This document shows, one piece after another, positions 12,279 through 24,550 of a stretch of 64,000 nt of DNA (positions within the stretch are counted from its first letter, which is position 1; each line of letters starts with the position of its first letter). Under the pieces are notes generated by a model. The model was not told the DNA's origin, did not search any database, and saw only the letters and a program-made list of their open reading frames with translations. The stretch spans positions 19,284,001 to 19,348,000 of the forward strand of contig CM075989.1 of NCBI GenBank assembly GCA_038087875.1, read 5' to 3'. The DNA is from Malacoraja senta (lineage: Eukaryota). Both the position numbers and the translations under genes were made by a program.

Positions 12279-12359
12279 ATTGTTAAAGTCTTAAATTTAT
12301 ACACTCCCGTTAATGAATTTGAAGAACGTGTAACTGCCTCATTCATACGCACGATTCAG
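12279..12359 (+). CDS. MYO5A: Myosin VA exon: [27 protein letters not shown]
   Basis: Flanked by cag and gtaaga; 81 nt, phase 0/0. Confidence 0.96.
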
Positions 12360-14881
12360 GTAAGACTGTAATTCTCGTACCAATATTGGTGTGTTGCTTC
12401 TTTTATTTGTGTTGAGATGTGGCTCCCATTGACAAAGACAGTGCTACTGTGATCCCCTAAATGCCCTGCAGGAGGTGGCGATGAGCTCCCATCTCAAACC
12501 GCAGGGGCATAGTTTAGTTTCGAGATATAGAGCAGAAATGGGCCCTTCCGCCCACTGAGTCCGCACCGACCAGCGATCCCGCACACTGACACTATCCTAC
12601 ACACACTGGGGACAATTTTACATGAATACTATGCCAATTAACCTACAAACCTGTACGTCTTTGGAGTGTGGGCGGAAACCGAAGATCTCGGAGAAAACCC
12701 ACGCAAGTCACGGGGAGAGCGTACAAACTCCGTACAGACAGCACCCGTAGTCAGGATCGAACCCAGGATCTACCGCTGCGCCACTGTGTACCACCCTCTG
12801 AGTTCCTCTGGTGAATGTACTTCCATGGTGATATTGGGTGGGGAGTTCAAGCATTTAGACTCTACGACACTGAAGGAAGGGCAACACAAGAGCAACAGGT
12901 TAATTGGCTTCGGTATGATTGTAAATTGTCCCTAGTGTGTGTAGGATAGTGTTAGTGTGTGGGGATCGCTGGTCGGCGTGGGCCGAAGGTTCTATTTCCG
13001 CGCTGCATCTCTAAACTAATTTAAACACCTTAGTCGGGATGGTATTTGTTTTGGAGGGGACCCTCTATGTTGTGTTCTACTGGTTTGGAAGGTGCTGTTG
13101 GCACGGCCCAGTACACATTGGCAATAGACACACACAACAGCTCCATGGCACCAGGGGTGGAGGGAGCAAAGAGTTAGGGTGGATGGGCGTCAATCATTGG
13201 GGCTGATTCATTCTCCACCATATTAAGGGTCCATGTACTGTCAACAATTTTAACTTTGAAAACGCTACAAAAGGGACGTTGGCATGTTTAATAGGAACAC
13301 TTCATCATTAAGGCTTATTCAATTGAATCGATTGAAAGATGCAGCATTCAAACAGGCCCTTCGGCCCGCCGAGTCCATGCTGACCATCGATCACCCATTC
13401 ACACTAGTTCTATGTCATCCCACTTTCTCATCCACTCCCTGCACACGAGGGGCAATTTACAGAGGCCAATTGAACCTACAAAACCTGCACGTCTTTGAGA
13501 TGTGGGAGGAAACCAGAGCACCCGGAGGAAACCCACGAGGTCACGGAGAATGTGCAAACACCACGCAGTCAGAACCCGATGTCAGGACCAAACCTGAGTC
13601 TCTGGCACTGTGAGGCAGCAGCTCTACCAAGCGTGCCAGTCTACTTCTTTGGGGAAGTGTTACAGTATATTCAAGCCATCGAGCTGTACAGCATGGGAAC
13701 AGGTCTTTTGACCCACCTTGTCCACTTTATCAATGGGACTACCACTGATAGTTGAGTTATACTTTATCATGAATTTGTTAACATACATGTGACCTGAAAA
13801 AGTAAAAACACCATCTGATCTTTGAACTTCTTGCTGATTAACGATGGAATTTAAAAGTCAAAGTGCAGTCAAATTTAGACGTCATGCAAAATTGGACCCA
13901 AATTTGTGCCCACTCTCATGGATATGTTCCTTCAAAGCAAATGGGTAGTAATCAGTTATTCTAACATATTATTTCCTTTGGTAAACTATCAGGAAAACCT
14001 CTCATGAAAATATGTAGATTCTAGATTCAAGAGAGTTTATTGTCATGTGTCCCAGATAGGACAATGAAATTCTTGCTTTGTTTGCTTCAGCACAACAGAA
14101 TATAGTAGGCATAAATACAGAACAGATCAGTGTGACCATACACCATTGAATATATATATACACATACATAAATAAGCAGATAAAATGTAATGGGCTATTA
14201 ATGTTCAGAGTTTTGTTTGCGTTGAGTTTAATAGCCTGATGGCTGTGGGGAAGCAGCTATTCCTGAACCTGGATGTTGCAGATTTCAGGCTCCTGTACCT
14301 TCTACCTGAAGGCAGCCGGGAGATGAGTGAGTGGCCAGGATGGTGTGGGTCCTTGATGATGCTGTTAGCCTTGTAATATTGCATGTTCCCTTCTGACTAG
14401 AAATTAAAAAGTATGTATTTTGGTATGTTTTTCACAATCATCAGAATTTATAGATTAGTTTAGTTTTTAGAGGTACAGCTTGGAAACACCCCCCCCCCTC
14501 ACCGAGTCAATGCCAAGTCAATGCCTACTATTCCACCCTACACACTAAGGGCAATTTACAGAAGCCAATTAACCTATAAACCTGAACGTCTTTGGAATGT
14601 GGGAGGAAACCGGAGCACCCGGAGAAAACCCACGCGGTCACAGGGACACTGTACAAGCTCCGTACAAGACAGCACCCATAGTCAGGATCAAACCCGGGTC
14701 TCTGGCTCTGTAAGACAGCAACTCTATTTACCTTCCTTTCAATGTCTGAATTTTTTTTTTTTTTTTTTTTTTAAACGTACAGAGATCTGAAACCTATGGG
14801 GAGTATTTGTAAACTCCGATTGCGTTAAGACTCCGACAATACTAATCCATTAATTTTTTTTTATCCCCTCTCTCTCTCCAG

Positions 14882-15034
14882 GTGCGTTTACAAAATCGAA
14901 AAGACTCTCCGCAGTTGCTAATGGATGCGAAACACATATTCCCCGTCACGTTCCCGTTCAATCCATCTTCTTTAGCGCTTGAAAGCATTCAGATTCCAGG
15001 CAGCATGAACCTTGGTTTCCTGTTACGTGTGTGA
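14882..15034 (+). CDS. MYO5A: Myosin VA terminal coding exon: [50 protein letters not shown]
   Basis: Strong polypyrimidine tract plus cag; 153 nt ending in TGA; matches the recalled MYO5A C-terminus ([29 protein letters not shown]). Absent from the ORF track. Confidence 0.96.
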   Translation: MRLQNRKDSPQLLMDAKHIFPVTFPFNPSSLALESIQIPGSMNLGFLLRV

Positions 15035-17275
15035 GGAGAAGGTTCTGGAAAACTAGCGATCACATCCATCCGTTACACACAGCTAGAGCAGTGGCGAAGC
15101 ATCTGTTAACAAGGAATGTACATTGAAAATAAATGCCAAACACTTTCATGCAACTCCAGTAAATATCCAGTGATGACTGCTCTTGTGCAGTTTCAGTGAA
15201 TATACTTCAAATTTACAACTGTAAATTAGGTCACACCATACCCGTTAGATATCTACCTAAGGGGAATACAACTGCCTGATATAGCATCATTTTGTCGAAT
15301 AACTCTTATGTAAGGTCTATATACAAATGATGTAGAATACAAAGCTCTGTTAGAATATAATCTAGAGATTACATTGTTGGTGTTTACATAGCCAATTATG
15401 ATGGTAATCTGTCCAGTGTCCCTTTAATATGTTGAGCTGCACACATTTGACAGCAGACAGTGTAACGTCAAGATGTCACTAAAAATATAACACGTCTCCA
15501 TTATGCATTTATCAAGCCCGTTTTAAACTGATTCACATGTAGTTAACATTTTAAGGTCCAATTCTGGCAAAGCACAAAAGCGCTGAAAAGTAATCAAATT
15601 CTCAGATGGATATTTGGCAACAGATTAAAAATATAGCCAGTTGAAAAAAAACTTTTTTTTTTTTTGCAGTATTTGGCACAATATCGTTTGGCCTTTTAAA
15701 TACTCTCCTGTTGGAATCTGTGGAGACTTCACAATACAGGACTTGCTCTTTAATTTGTTTGTTACTGTGTATATTAGGGTTAAAGATGACAATTGTAAAC
15801 AAGCTGAGTAGAAGTATTTTTTTTTTCTCCAGTATTTTCAGCATTTTTCAGTATTTAGTGACGTTCGAGTCAAGTTACATGCAGGTTGCAGTAGTTAAGA
15901 TGCAGGCATCAATCTCACTAGACAGCTTTCATTCCACTGTCCCAATGGCTTCGGATGTTGTTCTATAGAATCAATTCTGGGAGGTCTTACTTTAAAGGAC
16001 AATAGGTACTCTGAATTATAAATTTGATTTAAAATGTCACTTCATGGTGGCCAAAATGTATACACTTGTTCTACCCTTCATTGTTTACATATTTTAAGTT
16101 ATTTAATTCATGAACCAACCAGCCAATTTCAGAAATCTGGTTTCAGGACAATGGTTTACAAGTCTCTATGGTGTATTATATGTGCCTATTTATAGTCCTG
16201 GTAATATATAACTGAAAGGTGTATGGTATTTCAAAGTCTCACAGGGTAGAAGTTAATATAATACCCTGTATACATCTACAGAGTCCTTTATTTCATCCAC
16301 AAAGATTATTGAAAACAAATCAGACTATATATTAAAGATAGACACCAAACGCTGAAGTAACTCAGCGGGACAGGCAGCGTCTCTGGAGAGAAAGAATGGG
16401 TGACATTTCGGGTCGAGACCCTTCTTCAGATTGAAACATTGACTGAAACTATACTGAATATTTGATTTGCTCATGACATGTAGTGGATTTTGCAGTTATA
16501 CACATTTCAGTCTTTACGTCTTAACGGACAAAGTTCCCCAGAGCCTTACAGATGTTTGCTCAATTCACCGAAAATAACATATTTCAAAAGCATAATAAGC
16601 TTTGGGCAATCTTTAAAAAAAAAAAAAAGTGGCTTTTTGTCAAGAGAGCAGAAACTGCGTAGACAGAACGGATTTAAGTTTAAAAAAAAACATTGTCTGG
16701 GAAATTGGTAAAGTCCAAGTTACTGGTTGCCGCTCCTCAACACTGTCTCCTCCCAAAACCAGTACTTTCATTTTAAGCCATTTTGACAAATTCTGGGTTT
16801 AGAAAGTGAAACTTTAGAATTGATTTAGAATACGATGAGTAACTAAATTGCTGAACAAAATATGAAGGTCATATTCCTTTGAAATATCATTTATGCACTT
16901 TATAGTTTTGCCCCACATATATATCGTCTCAAGTTTTCTGCTTTATATGGCTTTTTACTTCTTTGTATCATAAAACGTACGTACATTACTCGCGGTTAGT
17001 GTTAAGAAGCTAGAGATATTTAAATTATCGGCAGTGGTCATGGAAGAAAACGTGTGTTGCTATAGTATGTTGTTGAGGGACATTGACCTGAAAACCTATT
17101 GTGTTTAACCAGGTAGTAAACACTAAGTATGATATTGATGTACAGAAAAATTCAGAAAACACTAGTCTTTCCCGTTTGTAGCAATTAGTCATTGTGTGCA
17201 TTATGGCAAATGTATATTGACTTAGGAAATTAATGTCCAACTTGTAAAAATAAAAATTTCAACACTATGAACTGG
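15035..17275 (+). other. MYO5A: Probable MYO5A 3' UTR
   Basis: AT-rich, repeat-poor stretch after the stop; AATAAA at 15128-15133 and at 17249-17254, the latter followed by a T-rich tract. The end is inferred. Confidence 0.55.
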
Positions 17276-17391
17276 CTTCTTTTTTATGGTTTAAATCTGT
17301 CGAATTTGTAAATTTATTTATGAATGCAAGCATTGCAGAAAAATACTACTTGGCTGCAATACTAATGAATTGTCATTTCAGGTGGCATTTA

Positions 17392-17423
<32 letters not shown>

Positions 17424-19769
17424 CTTTATTAATCCCTTTTCAGGGGAAATTCAGATGTCCTTGCAGCACACGAATACAAATACAACATAGCATTAAAGAA
17501 GAAGTTTAACATTAAAACATAAAAACATCCCCCCACAATGGTTCCCACTGTAGGGGAAGGCACAAAGTCCAGTCCCCATCCCCATGTTCACCCATAGTCG
17601 GGCCTATTGAGGCCTCCACAGTCACCGCTACGGAGGCCCGATGTTTCAGGCCCTCTCGCCGGGTGATGGTGCTCCGGATTCGGGAGAACCCTCTCAGCGG
17701 CTTGGGGTGTCTGGAACGGCCGCTTCCTAACCGGAACATTTAAAGTCGATACTGAGTCTGAAGTTAGTGTGTAATGCATGAGTGGGGTCATTAATTAGGA
17801 GGGGTCAAGGAAAGAGTGTTCACGTCGCGGCCCTGTTTCCACCAATCTTTCCACCGCCACGCACAAGAAGCGCAAGATAGACGCCATTGTATGCAAATGC
17901 CGAGACGTGTGTTCAGCTCTGGCTGAACAATTTCTAATCTTGTGACATGGACTCGATAAGATTAATTAGCAACAAAAAACAAAAAAAACCGGGTGGAGGA
18001 ACTCAGCGGGTCAGTCAGCAATCTGTGGAGGGAATGGACAGCTGGTATTCCAGATTGGGAACCCTTCTTCAGACTGATGGAGATGGGGGGGGGGAAGAGA
18101 AAGTTGGAAAAGAGAGATGGGGGTGGGGCAAAGCCTCAAGTGATAGGTGGATACAGAGAGGGGGAGGGGGGTGGCAGATGTGGAGTGAATGACAAAGGGT
18201 AGAGGTGAAAAGGAAACAAAAAGTTATCAGATAAGAATTCCCTTATCCCCTATGGGAATCCTCTATTTCCCTTTTATCATCCTCTTTCTCCTCTTCTCCC
18301 CTCGCCCCTTTCCATCCACATCCATCCATCTGGCTTTACAGTACCCTCCTCTTTCCTAATCAGTAAAACAACAAAAAAGCCCCTCTTTATCTTTAAACTC
18401 TAATCCCTTTGCAATGAAGGCCAAATTGCAGTTTGCTTCCTGAGCTCGTTGAACCTGCCCGCTAGGTTTTTGTAATTCACGCACTAGACAGTGCACATAG
18501 ATCCCTCCACTTCATTCAGTCGCAGCCTCTCGCCATCTACATAATAATCTGCCTTTATGACTTCTCTGACCTTACACATCCCGACATTAAAGTCCATTTG
18601 CAAGTATTCTGTCCACTCACTCCATCTACATCTGCCTATGTCCCATTGTAGAATCATGGTACCCTTCATAACAAACAAAAAAAGACACAAAGTGCTGGAG
18701 TAACTCAGAGGGTCAGGCAGCATCCCTGGAGAACATGGATAGGTGATGTTTCGGTTCATGACCCTTCATCAGACTGATTATTGTGGTGAAGAGAGAGATG
18801 GGGGCAGGACGAAGCCTGGTGAGTGATAGGTGGATACAGGTGCGGAGGGGGTTCGATTGGTAGATGGTTGGACAAAAGCCAGAGATTAAAAGACAAAAAG
18901 TGTGAGACCTTTATCCAACCATCTGCCAACCTTCCAACTTTACCCCAACCACAGTGAAGAAGGATCCTAACACAAATTGTCACCTATTGTCACCTTTGAT
19001 GTACGGGTGTCAAGAGTTGTGGGGTGAAGGCAGGAGAATGGAGTTGAGAGGGAAAGATAGATCAACCATGTTTTGAATGGCGGAGTAGACTTGATGGGCC
19101 AAATGGACCAATTCTGCTGCTACAACATATGAACCATCATTGTTCCCCAGAGATGCTGCCTGACTCGCTGAGTTACTCCAGCACTTTGTCTTTTTGTTGT
19201 TGTTGCATAAACCAGCATCTACAGTTCCTTGCGCACCCTTCATTGCAAACGGGACGATTCTAACAAAAGTGGCTCTGACCTGAAACATCATCTCTATTTC
19301 TCCTTCCACAGATGTTGCTTGATCTGCTGGATGTTCCACCATTTTGTGGGGGGGGTTTCAGCATCTGCAGTGTTTTAATTTTTCAACGACAGTGAATTGC
19401 CCCCCTGACTAACAACACGTCCTGACCTATGCACTCCACAACAGACAGCTTGGGTCCTGGACCCAATCACCACACTTCTCGCATTAAGAGAGTCTCCAAG
19501 GCATCAGATAATTGCTCCAATTTGCTGACATACCCAACTCAAGCACACCTCATCCTTAAATTATATTGCACTTTAGCAATGTTGAATAAAGACACAAAAT
19601 GCTGGAGTAACTCACCAGGACAGGCAGCATCTCTGGATAGAAGAAGTGGGTGACATTTTGGGTCAAGACCCTTCTTCAGACAGTCAGGGGAGAGGAAAAC
19701 GAGAGATATGAAAGGGTAAGGTGTGAAAACAAGAGATCAAAGGGAACTAAGTTGAAACTCTGAATAGGC

Positions 19770-20085
19770 AACTGAACACCTACGCTCAGTCTGCCTTGGC
19801 CTCCCAGTTGCCAAACATTTTAACTCCCCTTCCCACTCCCACACTGACTTTTCTGTCCTGGGCCTCCTCCACTGTCAGAGTGAGGCCAAATTCAAATTGG
19901 AGGAACACCTCGTATTTACACCCCAGTGGCATGAATATTGATTTTATATCCAGCTTCAAGTAACCCTTACATCCCCTTTCTCTTTGTCCCTGCCCCACCA
20001 TAGTCCTCTTGCTAATTTCACCATTTGTATTCCTTTGTTGGCACCACCACCCAGCCAACAATGGACCATTGTGGGCTCCACCTTT
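19770..20085 (+). mobile_element. Penelope-like GIY-YIG C-terminal remnant
   Basis: LPVAKHFNSPSHSHTDFSVLGLLHCQSEAKFKLEEHLVF...PSGMNIDF. Confidence 0.75.
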
Positions 20086-20089
20086 CCAA

Positions 20090-20499
20090 GAGTCAAGAGT
20101 GTTTTAATGTCATATGTCCCGGACGGGGACAATGAAATTCTTACTTGCTGCAGCACAACAGAATATGTGAATATGTAAACATAGTTCATAATGGGGGAAA
20201 AAATAAAAAGTTCAATAAATAGTGCAATAATAATATAGTGTTTTGCAGTTCAGAGCTCAGAGCTTATTCGTTGTGTTTAATAGCCTGATGGCTGTGGGGA
20301 AGAAACTGTTCCTGAACCTGGACATCACAGTTTTCAGGCTCCTGTACCTTCTTCCTGATGGCAGTGGTGAGATGAGTGTGTGGCCAGGAGGATGGTGTGG
20401 GTCCTTGATGATTTTGGCTGCCCTTTTGAGGCAGCGACTACGATAGATCCCTTCGATGGTGGGGAGGTCAGAGCCGGTGATGGCCTGGGCAGTGGTCAT
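20090..20499 (-). mobile_element. Rex1/Babar-like LINE 3' fragment
   Basis: LPTIEGIYRSRCLKRAAKIIKDPHHP...LPSGRRYRSLKT...RFRNSFFPTAIRLLN; related pieces near 3030, 14230, 27210, 37700 and 52350. Confidence 0.8.
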
Positions 20500-20936
20500 T
20501 ACTTTTTGTAGCTCATCGATGCAGGCTCTGCTTTTGTTCTGTACCTTCCCATACCTCTAGTTTCCCACTCCCTGACTCTGTCTGATGAAAGGTCACCTAA
20601 TCCTTCTCTCCAGAAATGCTGCCTAACCCGCTGAGTTACTCCAGCATTTTGTGTCTGTCTTTGCTGTTCATTATTACACTGCCAAGTGGCAATAGGTTGA
20701 TGCAAGATCACTAAGTTATGTTGCTGTAACATCTTACAAATTATGTTTTTGAGAGAAAAAAACGTTGCCTTTCTTAAAAGAAAGAGATCGTGTTTTCTTT
20801 TGAAGGACATTATTTTCAATGTGTCGGAAAGAACTGCAGATGCTGGTTTAAATCGAAGGTAGATTTCGAAAATGCTGGAGTAACTCAGCGGGACAGGCAG
20901 CATCTCTGGAGAGAAGGAATGGGTGATGTTTCAGAC

Positions 20937-20970
20937 GGTCTGAAGAAGGGTCTCGACCCGAAACGTCACC
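20937..20970 (+). ncRNA. Candidate minimal type I hammerhead ribozyme (best-preserved copy)
   Basis: ggt-CTGAAGA-A-GGGT(CTCG)ACCC-GAAA-CG-TC-acc: both catalytic boxes, stem II, palindromic ACGT in place of stem III, 3-bp stem I (ggt/acc). Confidence 0.65.
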
Positions 20971-21559
20971 CATTCCTTCTCTCCAGAGAAGCTGCCTGTC
21001 CCACTGAGTTACTCCAGTATTTCTGTGTCTGGTCTACTCGCGGGCTGTGAAAGTTAATACTGTTATCCGATTTGAGGTCTTTGTAAACGGGATACAAGGC
21101 ACAGGCGTCGTGGACTTTTTAAGAAGATGGAATGACATGTTATTAAAATTGATTTAATACGACTATTTAAACGGCACGAAGACAAAGCAAGTTACTGCTA
21201 AAATACTCTCTGCTAAGCTTTTTACACACAAATTCGATAAACTTTTGGGGACTTACTAATGTTACTTTGTAATGTTACTTAAAGCATTACAGCCAATTTA
21301 GTGGGACTTGCATGGATCTTGCAAAGTTACGCAAGTGTGACTGTGGTGTATTTAATCTGGAGTGATATGTTATATTTTAAATGCTAAATTGCCTTATCTC
21401 ACGCCTCACTTGCACACCGTGTCCTTATCAGAAGTTTGAAGGGTTAAATGCGAGTGTTTTTTTTCCCTCACTGCCTTGTTCCGACCTACCTGCCACTTAC
21501 AGGAGTTAGTTACAGGCACTCCCTCGGTCACGAGGTCGTGTCTGCAAGAGAGAGATTCA

Positions 21560-21725
21560 GACTTGGGGAAGCTGAGCCGGATTGCTTTCCGTGTGTTTGT
21601 GTGTCTAAAACAGGCAGAGAGAGAGAGAGAGGGGACTGGGAAGGCGGGGCAGGTGGATTTGAGCGTCCAGCCCGGACCATGAACCAGTCTCCCCGGCGCT
21701 TGTTGGAACAACCTTCCCTGTGACC
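21560..21725 (+). promoter_or_regulatory. MYO5C: Putative MYO5C proximal promoter / 5' UTR
   Basis: Locally GC-richer unique sequence; (GA)n run, GC box GGCGGGGC at 21643-21650, E-box CAGGTG at 21650-21655, directly upstream of the ATG. Confidence 0.5.
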
Positions 21726-21752
21726 ATGGCAGTGGCTGAACTGTACACCAAG
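21726..21752 (+). CDS. MYO5C: Myosin VC first coding exon: MAVAELYTK
   Basis: Kozak context gaccATGG, 27 nt, donor AAG|gtaact. Human MYO5C begins MAVAELYTQ and MYO5A begins MAASELYTK; position just downstream of MYO5A matches the known tandem. Confidence 0.88.
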
Positions 21753-22375
21753 GTAACTCCATTCTCTGCACTTCCTCTGCGCTCCCGCACCAAAGCTAAA
21801 CAAGTTTTTGATTCCCCTATGCATGATTGTGTTTATGATTTGACTGGCTTGTGTGGAACGCAAAGCATTTCACTGCAAGCAGGTGTAGGTGACAATAAAA
21901 CAGCAATTGAACAGAAACCTTTACAGTTGAATCCTGCATTAAAGTGGCAATGCAAGGAACGTTTCCAACCACACTGCCCCATGTAGTTTCCAAGTGAGTT
22001 GAACTTGTTGCTGGGAAGTGGGTCAGGTGCTCGATTTCACCTGACATATGCAACGCGGCTGTGAAGTTGTCTTTATGTTTGAAGGTTCGGTGTTGTTAAA
22101 GCAACTTTTTAATCCATGGCTTTCCCTGTGGTCGGTGTGACTGTCTGTCGGGGAGAGTGGTGGCTTTTCACGCGTGTTCGGGTGCATTGGCAGAGAGTCA
22201 GAGGCATGACGTTAGCTGGCTGCTGGAACAGGATGCTGCAGCAGTGAGAGCGAGCGGCTGTTTCCCTCTGAATGGACAGTTCAACAATACATTGAGCCCT
22301 CGTTTGACGGGAGGGAGGGTGTAAAAGGGACTTGGGAGCGCCGGTGCAGGATCCCCAAAAAGTTAATTTGTGAAT

Positions 22376-23047
22376 CAATAGACAACAGGTGTAGGAGTAG
22401 GCCATTTGGAGCCAGCACCGCCATTCAATGTGATCATGGCTGATCATCCCCAATCAGTACCCCGTTCCTGCCTTCTCCCCATTTCCCCTGACTCCGCTAT
22501 TTTTAAGAGCCTCTCTCTTGAAAGCATCCAGAGAACCTGCCTCCACCGTCCTCTGGGGCAGAGAATTCCACAGACTCGCCACTCTGTGGAAAAAAAAAGT
22601 GTTTCCTGGTCTCCGTTCTAAATGGCTTACTACTTATTCTCAAACTGTGGCCCCTGGTTCTGGACTCCCCCAACATCTGGAACATGTTTCCTGCCTCTAG
22701 TGTGTCATAGCCCTTAACAATCTTATATGTTTCAATGAGATTCCCTCTCATCCTTCTAAACTCCAGGGTGTACAAGCCCAGCTGCTCCATTCTCTCAGCA
22801 TATGACAGTCCCACCATCCTGGGAATTAACCTTGTAAACCTACTCTGCACTCCCTCAATAGCAAGAATGTCCTTCCTCAAATTAGGGGACCAAAGCTGCA
22901 CACAATACTCCAGGTGTGGTCTCACTAGGGCTCTGTACAACTGCAGAAGGACCTCTTTGCTCCTATATTTGATTCCTCTTGTTATAAAGGCCAACATGCC
23001 ATTCGCTTTCTTCACTGCCTGCTGTACCTGCATGCTTACTTTCATAG
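22376..23047 (-). mobile_element. CR1-clade LINE 3' fragment in MYO5C intron 1
   Basis: [49 protein letters not shown]... Confidence 0.92.
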
Positions 23048-23360
23048 GTACACAAAAATGCTGGAGAAACTCAGCGGGTGCAGCAGCATCTATGGAGCGA
23101 AGGAAATAGGTAACGTTTCGGGCCGAAACCCTTCTTCAGACTGATGAACCAGGATCCCCAGATCCGATACGATACGAATACAGATTTGATACGAATCGAC
23201 TCGGTAGTAAGGAAGGTGAATGGGATGCTAGCATTTATTTTTCGAGAGGTGGGCGCGGCTGTAAAGTTGGTTCGATCCTGACCACGGGTGCCGTCTGTAT
23301 GGAGTTTTGTACGTTCTCCCCGTGACCTGCGTGGGTTTTCCCCGGGATCCCTGGTTTTCT

Positions 23361-24550
23361 CCCACACTCCAAAGACATACAGGTGTGTAGGTATACCATC
23401 GGTCTATTTCCACTCACCGATTGCTGGAAGCGCAGGAGGTTGAGGGGGTGATCATATGAAGGTGTAGCAGATTATAGGGGAAATAGTGGTCCATAGAACA
23501 CAGATTTAAGGTGAGAGGGGAAAGATTTACTAGGAACCAGAGTTTTTCACACAGAGGATGGTAGCATACAGGTGTGTAGGTATACAGGTGTGTAGGTATA
23601 CAGGTGTGTAGGTATACAGGTGTGTAGCTATACAGGTGTGTAGCTATGCAGGTGTGTAGCTATGCAGGTGTGTAGCTATGCAGGTGTGTAGCTATGCAGG
23701 TGTGTAGCTATGCAGGTGTGTAGCTATGCAGGTGTGTAGCTATGCAGGTGTGTAGCTATGCAGGTGTGTAGCTATGCAGGTGTGTAGCTATGCAGGTGTG
23801 TAGCTATGCAGGTGTGTAGCTATGCAGGTGTGTAGCTATGCAGGTGTGTAGCTATGCAGGTGTGTAGGTATGCAGGTGTGTAGGTATGCAGGTGTGCAAG
23901 TATACAGGTGTGCAGGTAGAATTGGCAGGTAGAAATCCCACACTCCAAAGACATACAGGTGTGTAGGTATACCATCGGTCTATTTCCACTCACCGATTGC
24001 TGGAAGCGCAGGAGGTTGAGGGGGTGATCATATGAAGGTGTAGCAGATTATAGGGGAAATAGTGGTCCATAGAACACAGATTTAAGGTGAGAGGGGAAAG
24101 ATTTACTAGGAACCAGAGTTTTTCACACAGAGGATGGTAGCATACAGGTGTGTAGGTATACAGGTGTGTAGGTATACAGGTGTGTAGGTATACAGGTGTG
24201 TAGCTATACAGGTGTGTAGCTATACAGGTGTGTAGCTATATACAGGTGTGTAGCTATACAGGTGTGTAGCTATGCAGGTGTGTAGCTATGCAGGTGTGTA
24301 GCTATGCAGGTGTGTAGCTATGCAGGTGTGTAGCTATGCAGGTGTGTAGCTATGCAGGTGTGTAGCTATGCAGGTGTGTAGCTATGCAGGTGTGTAGGTA
24401 TGCAGGTGTGTAGCTATGCAGGTGTGTAGGTATGCAGGTGTGTAGGTATGCAGGTGTGTAGGTATGCAGGTGTGTAGGTATGCAGGTGTGTAGGTATGCA
24501 GGTGTGCAGGTATACAGGTGCGCAAGTATACAGGTGTGCAGGTAGAATTG
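23361..24550 (+). repeat. Tandem duplication (unit of about 576 bp), each copy holding a 16-bp minisatellite CAGGTGTGTAG(C/G)TAT(G/A)
   Basis: Sequence from 23361 recurs at 23937; arrays at about 23565-23917 (about 22 units) and 24141-24543 (about 25 units). Confidence 0.95.

Noticed and set aside
548..15034. Assignment of the tail exons to MYO5B or MYO5C
   Set aside because: [17 protein letters not shown] and [21 protein letters not shown] match MYO5A as recalled, and the MYO5C first exon follows downstream.
23565..24543. Regular short-repeat array as a CRISPR-like locus
   Set aside because: Head-to-tail 16-mers with no unique spacers, in eukaryotic intronic context; it is a minisatellite.
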